A DNA stretch of 64,000 nt. It comes from an uncultured delta proteobacterium (GTDB lineage Bacteria > Desulfobacterota > Binatia > DP-6). The translations under genes and the position numbers were made by a program. The stretch lies in assembly GCA_963815115.1 (NCBI GenBank), contig CAWFFN010000007.1, positions 896,001-960,000 on the forward strand, given 5' to 3'. The notes beneath the pieces were generated by a model. It saw nothing but the letters and a program-made list of their open reading frames with translations, ran no database searches and had not been told where the DNA came from. Positions 43,029 to 53,294 of this stretch are shown piece by piece (position 1 is the stretch's first letter; each line of letters begins with the position of its first letter).

Positions 43029-44663
43029 ATGTCCAGGTTTTGCGCTCGTCAGTTGACCAGAGCCGTACGGCCAGCGGCCTTCGCCAGGTACCGCCGCGCC
43101 CTCGGGCTCGCCGTATGCGCGAGCGGCGCGTTCCTGGCCACGGCCGCCCGCGCCCAGCTCATCGACTGCTCGCAGGCCCCCAACGCCCTCGGGGAGGGGA
43201 TCGACAAGTCGTTGGCCGAGGAGATCGGAGCGGGCCGGGGCGATCTCGCGACACCGGGTTCGTCGCTGTTCATCGTCCGCCGCGATCCTTTCCGGGCGAT
43301 TCGCCGCGGGCGCCAGCTGTTTCAGCGGAAGTTCACCCACGCCCAGGGACAGGGGCCACGGGTCGATGACGGCGTGGGTGACGTGGCCACGACGCTGGCC
43401 ATCGGCGCGGGGCTCTCCGACAGCTGCGCTTCCTGCCATGGCCGCCCGCGCGGCTCGGCGGGCGTCGGGGGCGACGTCGTCACGAGGCCCGACAGCCGGG
43501 ATGCGCCACATCTGTTCGGGCTGGGCCTGAAGGAGATGCTCGCCGACGAGATCACGACGGACTTGAGGGCGATCGAGGCCGGAGCACTTGCCGAGGCGGG
43601 GACGAGCCACGCGTCCGTCACCCGCGACCTCACGAGCAAGGGCATCTCCTACGGCACCATCACTGCATTGCCGGACGGCTCGGTCGTCACCTCGGACGTG
43701 CACGGCGTCGATCCCGACCTGCGCGTCCGTCCATTCTTCGCCCATGGCGGCACGATCTCCATCCGCGAGTTCATCGCCGGCGCACTGAACAACGAGATGG
43801 GTCTCCAGGCCGTCGATCCCGACCTGGCCAGCGCCAGCGCCGGCGCCCGGGTGATCACACCCGCGGGCATGGTGCTCGACGGGTCACTCGACGCGATCGA
43901 GGCCCCGGCCACTGCCGATCCGACCGCCGATCCCGACGGCGACGGGGTGACGGACGAGGTGCCCGAGAGCCTCGTCGATTACATGGAGTTCTACCTCCTG
44001 AACTACTTCCGGCCCGCCGAGTACCAGCAGACCAGGCAGACGGTCCGCGGTCGACGGGTCTTCGCCCGCCTGGGCTGCGACGGCTGTCACGTCCCGGACC
44101 TCGAGGTCGAGCACGATCGGCGCGTGGCCGACGTCGACACCCAGTACGATCCTGCCCGCGGCGGATTCAACACGCTCTTCGCGACCGCGACACCGCTCCA
44201 CGACGTGGTGGACGACCTGAGCGGCTTCCCATCGCTCGAGCCGCCGCAGGGCGGCCGGTTCCTGGTGCGCGACATCTTCACTGACCTGAAGCGCCACGAC
44301 CTGGGGCCGGCCTTTCACGAGCGCAACTACGACGGCTCGCTACGTACCCAGTTCATGACCCTGCCGCTGTGGGGAATCGCGAGCACGGCTCCCTACGGCC
44401 ACGACGGCCGCAGCATCAATCTCACGGAGGTGATCCTGCGCCACGGCGGCGAGGCGCAGAAATCCCGCGACGGCTTCGCCCGGCTCGGCCGCGTCGGCCG
44501 CGCGGCGTTGATGGAGCTCCTCGGCTCGCTGGTGCTCTTCCCGCCCGACGACACCGCGTCGAATCTCGATCCCGGCAACCCGACCACCGTGGGGTTCCCG
44601 CAGGTCGCCCACGGCAGCATCAAGCTGGGCGCCCTCTTCAACGACCCGACCGACCGCGAATAG
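43029..44663 (+). CDS. Di-heme oxidoreductase (DHOR) family secreted protein
   Basis: Two CxxCH (CASCH, CDGCH), PHLFGLG, FTDLKRHDLG, PLWG..PYGHDGR, HGGEA. Confidence 0.85.
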   Translation: MSRFCARQLTRAVRPAAFARYRRALGLAVCASGAFLATAARAQLIDCSQAPNALGEGIDKSLAEEIGAGRGDLATPGSSLFIVRRDPFRAIRRGRQLFQRKFTHAQGQGPRVDDGVGDVATTLAIGAGLSDSCASCHGRPRGSAGVGGDVVTRPDSRDAPHLFGLGLKEMLADEITTDLRAIEAGALAEAGTSHASVTRDLTSKGISYGTITALPDGSVVTSDVHGVDPDLRVRPFFAHGGTISIREFIAGALNNEMGLQAVDPDLASASAGARVITPAGMVLDGSLDAIEAPATADPTADPDGDGVTDEVPESLVDYMEFYLLNYFRPAEYQQTRQTVRGRRVFARLGCDGCHVPDLEVEHDRRVADVDTQYDPARGGFNTLFATATPLHDVVDDLSGFPSLEPPQGGRFLVRDIFTDLKRHDLGPAFHERNYDGSLRTQFMTLPLWGIASTAPYGHDGRSINLTEVILRHGGEAQKSRDGFARLGRVGRAALMELLGSLVLFPPDDTASNLDPGNPTTVGFPQVAHGSIKLGALFNDPTDRE

Positions 44664-45129
44664 ACCCGAGGGCGAGCCCGAGCAGGGCCAGCCCGATGCC
44701 GGACTGCGCGGCCGGACGGTCGGGAAGCCACGAGAGCGGCAGCGCGCGCGCCGCGAGCGCCCAGGCCGCCCCGACGACGAGAACCAGACCGATGGCCACC
44801 AGAAGGAGGGCGACGAGGGTCTGCGGTCCCCGCCAGCCATCCTCCCCGCCTCGCCCCCGGTTGGCACGGCTGCCAACCGCGGCGGGTGGAGTCGGCCCTC
44901 CGATCGCCCGTAGGGAGCCACCGATGAAGGTATCTTCCAGGATCTGCCGTCTGCTCGACTGCATGACCGTCTCTCCTCGTCCGGGTGGGGCGGGATGCCC
45001 TCCCCTCCTGGAGCAAGACCGGGGCCACCGTCTGGCGGGCCCCTGCATGAGCGCCGCCCAGCGGGCGAGCGTGCGCGGCTTGCACCCCTCATCCCGACCT
45101 GCTCCCATGCCCGCCACGGGAGGACCTCC

Positions 45130-45753
45130 ATGCTCACAGTCCATCATCTCAACAACTCGCGTTCCCAGCGCATCCTCTGGCTGCTGGAAGAGCTGGGCAC
45201 GCCGTACGAGATCGTGAAGTACCAGCGCATGAGCCCGATGCCGCTCGCTCCGCCGGAGCTGAAGGAGGTGCATCCGCTCGGCAAGTCGCCGGTCATCACC
45301 GACGGCGGGAAGACGATCGCGGAGTCGGGCGCCATCGTCGAGTACCTCATCGACAAGTACGGCAACGGCCGGTTCAGGCCGAAGCCCAGCAGCGACGACT
45401 ACTGGCGTTACGTCGAGTGGATGCACTACGCGGAGGGTTCGGCGATGCTGCCGCTGCTCCTCGCGCTCTATGCGGGACTCCTCGGCGACGGCGCGGCGCT
45501 GCTGCGACCGCGCATCGACGGCGAGATCGCCAACAACCTCTCCTACATGGAGACGGCTCTCGGCGAGCGCGAGTTCTTCGTCGGCTCCGATCTCACCGGC
45601 GCCGACGTCCAGCTGCTCTTCGTTCTCGAGGCCGCGGGTGAGCGCCTCCAGCCGTATCCGGCACTCGTCGCCTATCGCGACCGCATGCACGCGCGGCCGG
45701 CGTACCAGCGCGGCATCGAAAAGGGCGGACCGTATCAGCTGATGAGCCGGTAG
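45130..45753 (+). CDS. Glutathione S-transferase
   Basis: HHLNNSRSQRILWLLEELG, HPLGKSPV, ESGAI. Confidence 0.92.
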   Translation: MLTVHHLNNSRSQRILWLLEELGTPYEIVKYQRMSPMPLAPPELKEVHPLGKSPVITDGGKTIAESGAIVEYLIDKYGNGRFRPKPSSDDYWRYVEWMHYAEGSAMLPLLLALYAGLLGDGAALLRPRIDGEIANNLSYMETALGEREFFVGSDLTGADVQLLFVLEAAGERLQPYPALVAYRDRMHARPAYQRGIEKGGPYQLMSR

Positions 45754-45919
45754 GCCCGAGCAGCCGATCCACGCCTCGCACAACCCTCGGGAAGTCGCGC
45801 ATCTAGCGTGACCGCGCGCGAAGTTATCAACATTCAGCCGCTGCTTCGCTACAGAACTCCCTTGACCCAGGCCGGGCTTCCGGCATACCCCAGGGGCGTC
45901 TTGGGGAAGGGGCTGACGC

Positions 45920-46189
45920 ATGGACGAGTTGGCCAGGACGAAGGTCGAGGAGGAGCGTGACGAGGTGGTGGCGTTGCTCCGCGCGATCGCCGACCGTCTG
46001 CACGCTCTCGCGCCGTCCGAGGCTCGCAGATCCCTCGCACGGCTAGCGTCCCCTGTCGCCCTGCTCGCGCACGAGGCCGAGCCGATCGTCGGCCCGCTGC
46101 CGGTGGTGGCGCACATGGATTCGGATCCCGACCCACCGCCCTGGCACACGGTCGTCTTCGTCCGACGGGGGCTCGGCCTCGGCGCTTGA
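45920..46189 (+). CDS. Hypothetical protein
   Basis: RBS-like GAAGGG plus ATG; co-oriented upstream of the UGSC gene. Confidence 0.4.
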   Translation: MDELARTKVEEERDEVVALLRAIADRLHALAPSEARRSLARLASPVALLAHEAEPIVGPLPVVAHMDSDPDPPPWHTVVFVRRGLGLGA

Positions 46190-46221
46190 CGGCGGCGGGT
46201 GCTTCGCGGCACCTGGCAGCC

Positions 46222-46764
46222 ATGGGCGCCATCGACATCCTCTCTCCCGTTGCTCTCGGACCGTCCGAGTGCAAGCCGCTCGCACCGCGGCTGCCCGCGC
46301 TCGCCGGAAAGGTCCTGGGCATCCGCATCGATCGTGCGTGGCGGTCGTGGTGGCAGGCGGCGGACGAGATCGAGCGGCTCGCGCGTGCCGAGCTCGGCGT
46401 GCGCGACGTCGTCGTCTTCGATCCCGAATCGCGCATCGGCCGGCCCGAGGACGAGAGCGCCAAGGTCGACGCTTTCGCGCGCACGGTCGACGCCGCGATC
46501 GTCGGTCTCGGCACGTGAGGGTCGTGCACGTCGTGGAGTGTCCACGACACGCTGGTGTGTGAGGGCGCGGGAGTTCCCGCGGTCGTGGTCGTGACCGAGG
46601 TCTTCGAGAACCTCGCGCGGACGGCGGCGCGGGCCCAGGGGTATCCGGACCTGCGCGTCCTGGTGCTGCCGCATCCGATGGAGTCCCGCCCCGAACCCGA
46701 CGTGCGCGCGATCGCCCGCGCCCGGTTCCGCGAGCTGATCGGGCTGCTCCTCGAGAGGCCGTGA
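46222..46764 (+). CDS. UGSC-family selenoprotein (UGA at 46516-46518 read as Sec)
   Basis: GLGT-TGA-GSCTSWSVHD continues in frame into GVPAVVVVTEVF..VLPHP; hairpin 11 nt after the UGA. Confidence 0.85.
46530..46548 (+). promoter_or_regulatory. Putative bacterial SECIS hairpin
   Basis: GTCGTGGA-GTG-TCCACGAC with a G in the apical loop. Confidence 0.6.
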
Positions 46765-47904
46765 ATGGCGCGCGGCACCCTGAGCTCCGAGCTGCGCTCG
46801 ATCCCCGATGATCCCGAGGCCGTCCTGGCGTACGTCGAGACGCAAGGCTGGGGCGACGGCCTGCCGGTGATCCCGCCGACCGAGGCGCGCGTGCAGGCGA
46901 TGCTGGAGGCGACGCCGCTGGCGCCGGCGCACGTCGTCGGCGTGGTCGAGCCGCGACGCGGCGAGGCCACGGTGGAGAAGATCGCCGTCAACGCCGTCCT
47001 CGCGGGCTGCCGGCCGGATTGCTTCCCCGCCGTCCTGGCCGCCGTCGAGGCCGTGTGCGAGCCGCGGTTCAACCTCTATGCCCTCAACACCACCACCTGC
47101 TGCGCCACCCCGGCGCTGATGCTGAACGGCCCCGCCCGCCGCACCCTCGGTGTCGAGTGCGGGTACTCGTGCCTCGGCCACAACGGCCGCGCCAACGCCA
47201 CCATCGGACGCGCGCTCCGCCTCGTCATGCGCAACATCGGCGGGGCGATCCCGGGCGCCGTCTCGAAATCGGTCTTCGGCCAGCCCGGCCGCGTGTCGCT
47301 GTGCTTCGGCGAATGGGAGGAGAAGAGCCCGTGGGAGCCCTTCCACGTGCGCCGCGGATTCCGCCCCGAGGAGAACGTCGTCACCGCGGTGTGCGCCACG
47401 GGGACGCAGGACATCGCGGACATCTTCGCCGAGAGCGGCGAGGAGCTCGTCTGGGTCCTGGCCCACTCGATCGACTGGATCGGGAACAACAAGGTCCTGG
47501 TCGCACAGGACAAGGGGGACATGCTGCTCCTGCTCTGCCCCGACTTCGCTCACAAGATCGCCCGCGATGGCATCACCGTCCCGCGGATGCAGGAGATGCT
47601 GCTCGAGTGGACGCGCACCCCGATCGAGCGCTGGCACCGGAGCCACTGGCCGAAGCTCGAGAAGCTGGGCTACGTCGAGGACGGCGTCGTGCCGCTGGCG
47701 GCCACTCCCGGGCAGTTTCTCATCGGCGTCGCCGGGGGCGAATCCGGTCACCACGCGGTCTACTTCTGCACGTTCGGGCTCACCTGGTCGGTGAGCAAGA
47801 CCTTCGAGGTCGGCGTGGAATACCGGGGCGGCGAGACATGCGAGTTGCCCTCCGCACCGGCGACGCCCACGACACCCTTGCGCCGGCGAGGCACGACGCG
47901 GTAG
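46765..47904 (+). CDS. Conserved UGSC-associated protein of unknown function
   Basis: GWGDGLPVIPPTE, TVEKIAVNAVLAGC, RANATIGRALRL, SPWEPFH, VAGG; abuts the UGSC stop. Confidence 0.8.
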   Translation: MARGTLSSELRSIPDDPEAVLAYVETQGWGDGLPVIPPTEARVQAMLEATPLAPAHVVGVVEPRRGEATVEKIAVNAVLAGCRPDCFPAVLAAVEAVCEPRFNLYALNTTTCCATPALMLNGPARRTLGVECGYSCLGHNGRANATIGRALRLVMRNIGGAIPGAVSKSVFGQPGRVSLCFGEWEEKSPWEPFHVRRGFRPEENVVTAVCATGTQDIADIFAESGEELVWVLAHSIDWIGNNKVLVAQDKGDMLLLLCPDFAHKIARDGITVPRMQEMLLEWTRTPIERWHRSHWPKLEKLGYVEDGVVPLAATPGQFLIGVAGGESGHHAVYFCTFGLTWSVSKTFEVGVEYRGGETCELPSAPATPTTPLRRRGTTR

Positions 47905-47952
47905 GGAGATGTCCGACATGATCCCCGGGCAGCCCCGGCCTCACCGTATCTC

Positions 47953-48657
47953 GTGCGCTCCGTCGTGGCCGGCCTGAACGCGTTTCGACAGCACGTTTCG
48001 ACGGTGCTCGGGGTAGCGACGGCAGCCGCGCTGCTCTCGACCGCCGCCAGCGCACAGCTCGCGGCCTGCAGTCCCGACGCCGATGCCGCCGCGATCGGCA
48101 TGGCCCTGGGCGCCATCCGGCACAGCGCCGATCCGTGCGGCGAGTCAGCGGAGCTGCACGCCATGCTCGCCGCGATCGAGCACTGCGCGAGCGGACCGTC
48201 CCGGATCTGCACCGATCTCACCATCCACCGGAACCTCTTCGATCGTCAGACGCCCGCCGACCCCCGGACCATCACCTGGAACCCCGAGCTGCGGTCGGTC
48301 CTCGAGCCCACGTGCGCCGACGAGCCGGACGGACCGCTCGTACGCGACCCGACGGCCTCCCTGGTACACGAGCTGGCCCACGCCGCGCAGGACTGCGAGG
48401 GTCTCGACCCCGGCGAGCACGAGCTCGAGGCGGTCCGGCTCGAGAACATCTACCGCCGTGCCGCGGGTCTCTACCAGCGTCGTGGATACGGCGACGATCC
48501 CCTGCCGTCGGAGATGCTCAGGACCTGCACGCCGACGCGATGTTCGTGCGCCACGCCGGTCGAGATCGCCACGGCCACGTCACAGCCGGCAGCTCGTGCG
48601 GCGACCAACGAGGTCAGCTCGAGCGGCGACTCGCTTCCGCTCTGCGCGGATCGTTGA
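47953..48657 (+). CDS. Secreted HExxH zincin-like protein
   Basis: ITWNP, SLVHELAHA, ELEAVRLENIYR. Confidence 0.6.
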   Translation: MRSVVAGLNAFRQHVSTVLGVATAAALLSTAASAQLAACSPDADAAAIGMALGAIRHSADPCGESAELHAMLAAIEHCASGPSRICTDLTIHRNLFDRQTPADPRTITWNPELRSVLEPTCADEPDGPLVRDPTASLVHELAHAAQDCEGLDPGEHELEAVRLENIYRRAAGLYQRRGYGDDPLPSEMLRTCTPTRCSCATPVEIATATSQPAARAATNEVSSSGDSLPLCADR

Positions 48658-48711
48658 CGGGGACGGCAGGCTTGCCGCCTGCCGTCCCCACGTTCGCTCT
48701 CGAGCGCTAGG

Positions 48712-49206
48712 CTAGCGGCACTGCGTGCCGAGGTTGACCCACTCGCCGTTGCTGCACAGGAAGGTGCTCCCCGCCTTGCAGATCGTCGAGTTGCTGCCGA
48801 CGGTGGCACCCTCGTACATGCAGGTCCTGTCACCCTGCGCCGGGCGAACCGGGGCGTCTCCGACGGTGCACGGAACGGCCAGGCTGCTCCACCTGCCGTC
48901 CTCACAGCGGTACTGCGTGCCGTTCTGACAGCTTGCGGCGCCGGTCGAGTAGCCGATGCCCCCGAAGTCGCACGGCCGGGAGGTGGCCACCTTCTCCTCC
49001 GGCGTGCAATCGGAGCCGGTCGCCTTCCAGTCACCGTCCCTGCAGCGGAACTGTGCGCCCGTCTGGCACGACATCGCGCCGTCCGAGTACATCGTCCCCT
49101 TGTAGAAGCAGTGATCGTTCGCTGCCTGAGCCGTACCGACGCACGCCACAGCGCCAACCAGCGCCGCGCCCAGCGGCAGCGTCAGCCTACGCAACATCCT
49201 CTTCAT
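48712..49206 (-). CDS. Secreted Cys-rich protein with three DUF1496-like repeats
   Basis: Three C-x-(Y/F)-x-G...C..G..(F/Y)xCxxGxW units; GGAGG RBS; signal peptide. Confidence 0.75.
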   Translation of the reverse strand: MKRMLRRLTLPLGAALVGAVACVGTAQAANDHCFYKGTMYSDGAMSCQTGAQFRCRDGDWKATGSDCTPEEKVATSRPCDFGGIGYSTGAASCQNGTQYRCEDGRWSSLAVPCTVGDAPVRPAQGDRTCMYEGATVGSNSTICKAGSTFLCSNGEWVNLGTQCR

Positions 49207-49443
49207 GGTTCGCCTCCTTGTCTTCCGGTACCATTCACTTCTGGGGCGATCAGGTAGCAGCCGTCATGCCAATGCCGCGGATGCTCGGGGGCTGATCGTT
49301 GTGCGGGAACCACGTTGTAGCGGCGTGCTCGACGGTAGGCCTTACATGGAGATGTAAGAGTTTCGACCGCTCCGAGGGCCGCGATGGCGGGCCAATGCTT
49401 TGCTTGCACGCCCCAGGCGTCTCCAACTACCCTGCGCCGCGCC

Positions 49444-51408
49444 ATGACCGACCCCAGAGGCCAAGCCACCATCGAGTCGGTGCTGCGCGAGGAGCGCACC
49501 TTCGCCCCACCGCCGCTCTTCGCGGAGGCCGCGACCGTGAAGAGCCGCGCCGCATACGACGCGCTCTACCAGCGTGCGCTCGACGATCCGGAGGGATTCT
49601 GGGCCGACCTCGCCCGCGGGCTCCGCTGGAGCACGCCGTGGCAGCGCGTCCTCGACTGGCAGCCGCCCTTCGCGAAGTGGTTCGTCGGCGGCACGCTGAA
49701 CGTGGCGGACAACTGCCTCGATCGCCACCTCGCCGGACCGCGACGCAACAAGGCGGCGCTGATCTGGGTCGGCGAGCCGGAGGGTGAGACGCGCGTGCTC
49801 ACCTACCAGGCCCTGCACCGCGAGGTGTGTCGCTTCGCGAACGTGCTGCGCGGGCTCGGCGTGCGCAAGGGCGACCGCGTGGGGATCTATCTCCCCATGA
49901 TCCCCGAGGCAGCGATCGCCATGCTCGCGTGTGCCCGCATCGGCGCCACCCATAGCGTGGTCTTCGGCGGCTTCTCGTCGGAAGCGCTGCGCGATCGCAT
50001 GAACGACGCGCAGGCGAGCGTGGTGGTGACCGCGGACGGTGGCTGGCGGCGTGGTGCGATCGTCCCGCTCAAGGCGAACGTCGACGGGGCAGTGGTCGAG
50101 GCACCGTCGGTGAAGGACGTCGTGGTCGTTCGCCGGACCGCCGAGAACGTGCCCATGCACCCCGGACGCGACCACTGGTACCACGAGCTCATGGAGGCCG
50201 CGTCGGCCGACTGTCTCGCGGAACCTCTCGACAGCGAGCATCCGCTGTTCATCCTCTACACCAGCGGGACCACCGGGAAGCCGAAGGGCGTCGTCCACAC
50301 GACGGGCGGGTATCTCCTGCATGCGGCATGCAGCGTGCAGTGGGTGTTCGACCTGAAGGAGGAGGACACCTTCTGGTGCACCGCCGACATCGGGTGGGTG
50401 ACCGGCCACAGCTACGTCGTCTATGGCCTGCTGGCGAACGGGGCGACCTCGGTGATGTACGAAGGCGCGCCCAACCACCCCCGGCCCGACCGTCTCTGGC
50501 GCATCATCGACGAGCTCGGCGTCAGCGTCTTCTACACGGCGCCGACGGCGATCCGCGCCTTCGTCAAGTGGGGCGAGGAATGGCCGCGCAAGCACGACCT
50601 CTCGTCGCTCCGCCTGCTCGGAACGGTCGGCGAGCCCATCAATCCCGAAGCCTGGATGTGGTATCACCGCGTCATCGGCAAGGAGCGCTGCCCTATCGTC
50701 GACACCTGGTGGCAGACGGAGACCGGCGGCATCATGATCGCACCCCTGCCGGGCGCCATCTCCACCAAGCCCGGCTCCGCGACGCTGCCGCTGCCCGGGA
50801 TCGTTCCGGAGGTGCGCAGCCGCGACGGCGCGAGGCTGCCCCCGAATCAGGGCGGCTATCTCGTCATCACGCGACCGTGGCCGGGCATGCTGCGGACGGT
50901 CTACGGAGACCCGGAGCGCTACACCGACCAGTACTGGAGTCAGATGCCCGGCATCTACTTCACCGGCGACGGCGCCCGGTGCGACCCCGACGGCTACTTC
51001 TGGGTCATGGGCCGCATCGACGACGTGGTGAACGTCGCCGGTCACCGCCTCGGCACCATGGAGGTGGAGAGCGCGCTGGTCAGCCATCCGTCGGTGGCGG
51101 AAGCGGCGGTGGTCGGGCGGCCGGACGAGCTGAAGGGCCAGGCGATCGCCGCGTTCGTCACTCTCGAGTCGGGCCAGCCGGGATCCGACGCGCTCAAGAA
51201 GGCGCTGAAGGAGCACGTCGCGAAGGAGATCGGCGCTTTTGCTCGTCCCGACGACATCCGGTTCACCGACGCCCTGCCGAAGACGCGCAGCGGGAAGATC
51301 ATGCGGCGTCTCCTGCGCGACATCGCGGCGGGCAAGGAAACGGCCGGGGACACGACGACCCTGGAGGACTACTCGGTGCTGGCACGGCTGCGCGAGGACG
51401 AGGAGTAG
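49444..51408 (+). CDS. acs: Acetate--CoA ligase
   Basis: [32 protein letters not shown]. Confidence 0.95.
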   Translation: MTDPRGQATIESVLREERTFAPPPLFAEAATVKSRAAYDALYQRALDDPEGFWADLARGLRWSTPWQRVLDWQPPFAKWFVGGTLNVADNCLDRHLAGPRRNKAALIWVGEPEGETRVLTYQALHREVCRFANVLRGLGVRKGDRVGIYLPMIPEAAIAMLACARIGATHSVVFGGFSSEALRDRMNDAQASVVVTADGGWRRGAIVPLKANVDGAVVEAPSVKDVVVVRRTAENVPMHPGRDHWYHELMEAASADCLAEPLDSEHPLFILYTSGTTGKPKGVVHTTGGYLLHAACSVQWVFDLKEEDTFWCTADIGWVTGHSYVVYGLLANGATSVMYEGAPNHPRPDRLWRIIDELGVSVFYTAPTAIRAFVKWGEEWPRKHDLSSLRLLGTVGEPINPEAWMWYHRVIGKERCPIVDTWWQTETGGIMIAPLPGAISTKPGSATLPLPGIVPEVRSRDGARLPPNQGGYLVITRPWPGMLRTVYGDPERYTDQYWSQMPGIYFTGDGARCDPDGYFWVMGRIDDVVNVAGHRLGTMEVESALVSHPSVAEAAVVGRPDELKGQAIAAFVTLESGQPGSDALKKALKEHVAKEIGAFARPDDIRFTDALPKTRSGKIMRRLLRDIAAGKETAGDTTTLEDYSVLARLREDEE

Positions 51409-51414
51409 CAGGGC

Positions 51415-52848
51415 GTGGGACTCGTCCTCACCAACACTCTCAGCGGCCGCAAGGAGCCGCTGGTGCCCCGCATCGCGGGACGGGTCGGCATCTACTGGTG
51501 CGGGGTGACCACGTACTCGCGATCCCACATCGGGCACGCCCGCTTCATGATCGCCTCCGACGTGCTGCACCGGTACCTGCGCGCGCGCGGGGTCGCCGTC
51601 ACCTTCGTGCGCAACATCACCGACGTCGAGGACAAGATCATCAGGCGCGCGGCCGAGGAAGGCATCGAGACCGCGGCGCTGGTCGAGCGCGAGATCGCGA
51701 CCTTCGCCGAGGACGCCGGGTGGCTCGGCTGCCTGCGCCCGACCCACGAGCCTCGCGCCACCGCGCACATCGACGACATGATCGCCCTGATCGAGCGCCT
51801 GGAGGCGAAGGGCTACGCCTATCGCGTGTGCGACAACAGCGTCTACTTCCGCGTCAGGCAGTTCGCCGACTACGGCAAGCTCTCCCACCAGCGTCTCGCG
51901 GACATGGCGCCGGGCGAGGAGATCGACCCCGACAAGGAGGACGTGCACGACTTCGCGCTCTGGAAGGGTGCGAAGCCCGGGGAGCCGTGCTGGCCGAGCC
52001 CCTGGGGACCCGGACGGCCGGGCTGGCACATCGAGTGCTCCGCGATGGCGCTGCGCTATCTGGGGGACGGGCTCGACGTCCACGGTGGCGGCAGCGACCT
52101 GATCTTTCCGCATCACGAGAACGAGATCGCACAATCCGAGGCCGACACCGGCACGCCGTTCGCCAGCCTCTGGATCCACAACGGCATGCTCACGTCGGGC
52201 AGCGAGAAGATGTCGAAGTCGCTTGGCAACATCCTGTCCATCACCGAGGTGGCGCGGCGCGCGCCCGCCGAGGCAGTGCGCCTCCTCTATCTCGGCACGC
52301 ACTACCGCGCCCCGCTCGACTTCTCCTCGGGCCGCCTGGACGAGGCCCAGGGCGCCCTCCTGCGGTTGTACGAAACGTTGGCGCGGGCGGACGAGGCCGC
52401 GGGCACCGCACTGCCACCCGCCGCCGTCGACGGCGCGCTGGCGGGGACGCCGACCCCCTTCGCGGCCGCGTTCTGCGAGGCCATGGACGACGATCTCAAC
52501 GCCGCGAAGGCGGTCGGCCTGGTCTTCGACCGCGTTCGCGATCTGAACCGCGCCCTCGACGCCGGCGATCACGCCGAGGCGGGGGTCATGCGTGCCGAGC
52601 TGGCTCGCGTCGGCGCCGCCATCGGCATCATGACGTCCGAGCCCGCCGAGCTGCTCGCCGATCTGCGCGCGCGCGGTCGGGAGCGCGCGGGGCTGAGCGA
52701 GGCGGAGATCGAGGACGCGATCGCCGACCGCAACGCGGCCCGCAAGCGCCGCGACTTCAAGGAGGCCGACGCGATCCGCGCTCGTCTCGCCGAGCAGGGC
52801 ATCGTGCTCGAGGACGGCCCCGGAGGAACGACCTGGAAGGCGAGCTGA
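51415..52848 (+). CDS. cysS: Cysteine--tRNA ligase
   Basis: CG..HIGH, GRPGWHIECSAM, FPHHENE, KMSKS. Confidence 0.96.
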   Translation: MGLVLTNTLSGRKEPLVPRIAGRVGIYWCGVTTYSRSHIGHARFMIASDVLHRYLRARGVAVTFVRNITDVEDKIIRRAAEEGIETAALVEREIATFAEDAGWLGCLRPTHEPRATAHIDDMIALIERLEAKGYAYRVCDNSVYFRVRQFADYGKLSHQRLADMAPGEEIDPDKEDVHDFALWKGAKPGEPCWPSPWGPGRPGWHIECSAMALRYLGDGLDVHGGGSDLIFPHHENEIAQSEADTGTPFASLWIHNGMLTSGSEKMSKSLGNILSITEVARRAPAEAVRLLYLGTHYRAPLDFSSGRLDEAQGALLRLYETLARADEAAGTALPPAAVDGALAGTPTPFAAAFCEAMDDDLNAAKAVGLVFDRVRDLNRALDAGDHAEAGVMRAELARVGAAIGIMTSEPAELLADLRARGRERAGLSEAEIEDAIADRNAARKRRDFKEADAIRARLAEQGIVLEDGPGGTTWKAS

Positions 52849-52868
52849 TCCGGGGCGGGGAGGAACAC

Positions 52869-53294
52869 ATGCGCTGGGTTCGGTGGGGCACTGCACGGCC
52901 GCTCGTCATCGCACTTCTCGCCACGACGCTGCTGGGCATGGGATCGCTGGGCGGAGGCGGCGGCCCGGGCGCGCCGGTGCGTGATTTTCACGCCACCTTC
53001 ACCGACGTCGACGGCACCCAGGTGTCGGCCGATCACGTGAGCTGCGGCGGCGGCACCACGCTCGAGGGCGACCTCGGCCGCGGCCGCCTGCGGGTCCCGT
53101 TCGAGAACATCTCGCGCATCCGGCTCGTGCCCGACGGCTCCGATCGGGATAGCCTGCGCGCCGAGGTCACCCTGCGCGAGGGCTCGCCGGTGACACTCAC
53201 GTTGCGCAGCTCCACCACCTTCTACGGACAGATCCCCAGCGGGGCATACCAGATCCGTGCCCGCGACCTGCGCAGCGTCGACTTCTCGCTGTAG
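52869..53294 (+). CDS. Exported hypothetical protein
   Basis: GAGGA RBS; hydrophobic N-terminus; beta-rich body. Confidence 0.65.
   Translation: MRWVRWGTARPLVIALLATTLLGMGSLGGGGGPGAPVRDFHATFTDVDGTQVSADHVSCGGGTTLEGDLGRGRLRVPFENISRIRLVPDGSDRDSLRAEVTLREGSPVTLTLRSSTTFYGQIPSGAYQIRARDLRSVDFSL

Noticed and set aside
44638-47919. 1093-aa minus-strand ORF
   Set aside because: Antisense shadow of GST, UGSC and the partner gene in high-GC DNA; no motifs. Only its last ~100 codons might encode a small membrane protein, which is unsupported.
49342-52896. 1184-aa minus-strand ORF
   Set aside because: Antisense shadow of acs and cysS.
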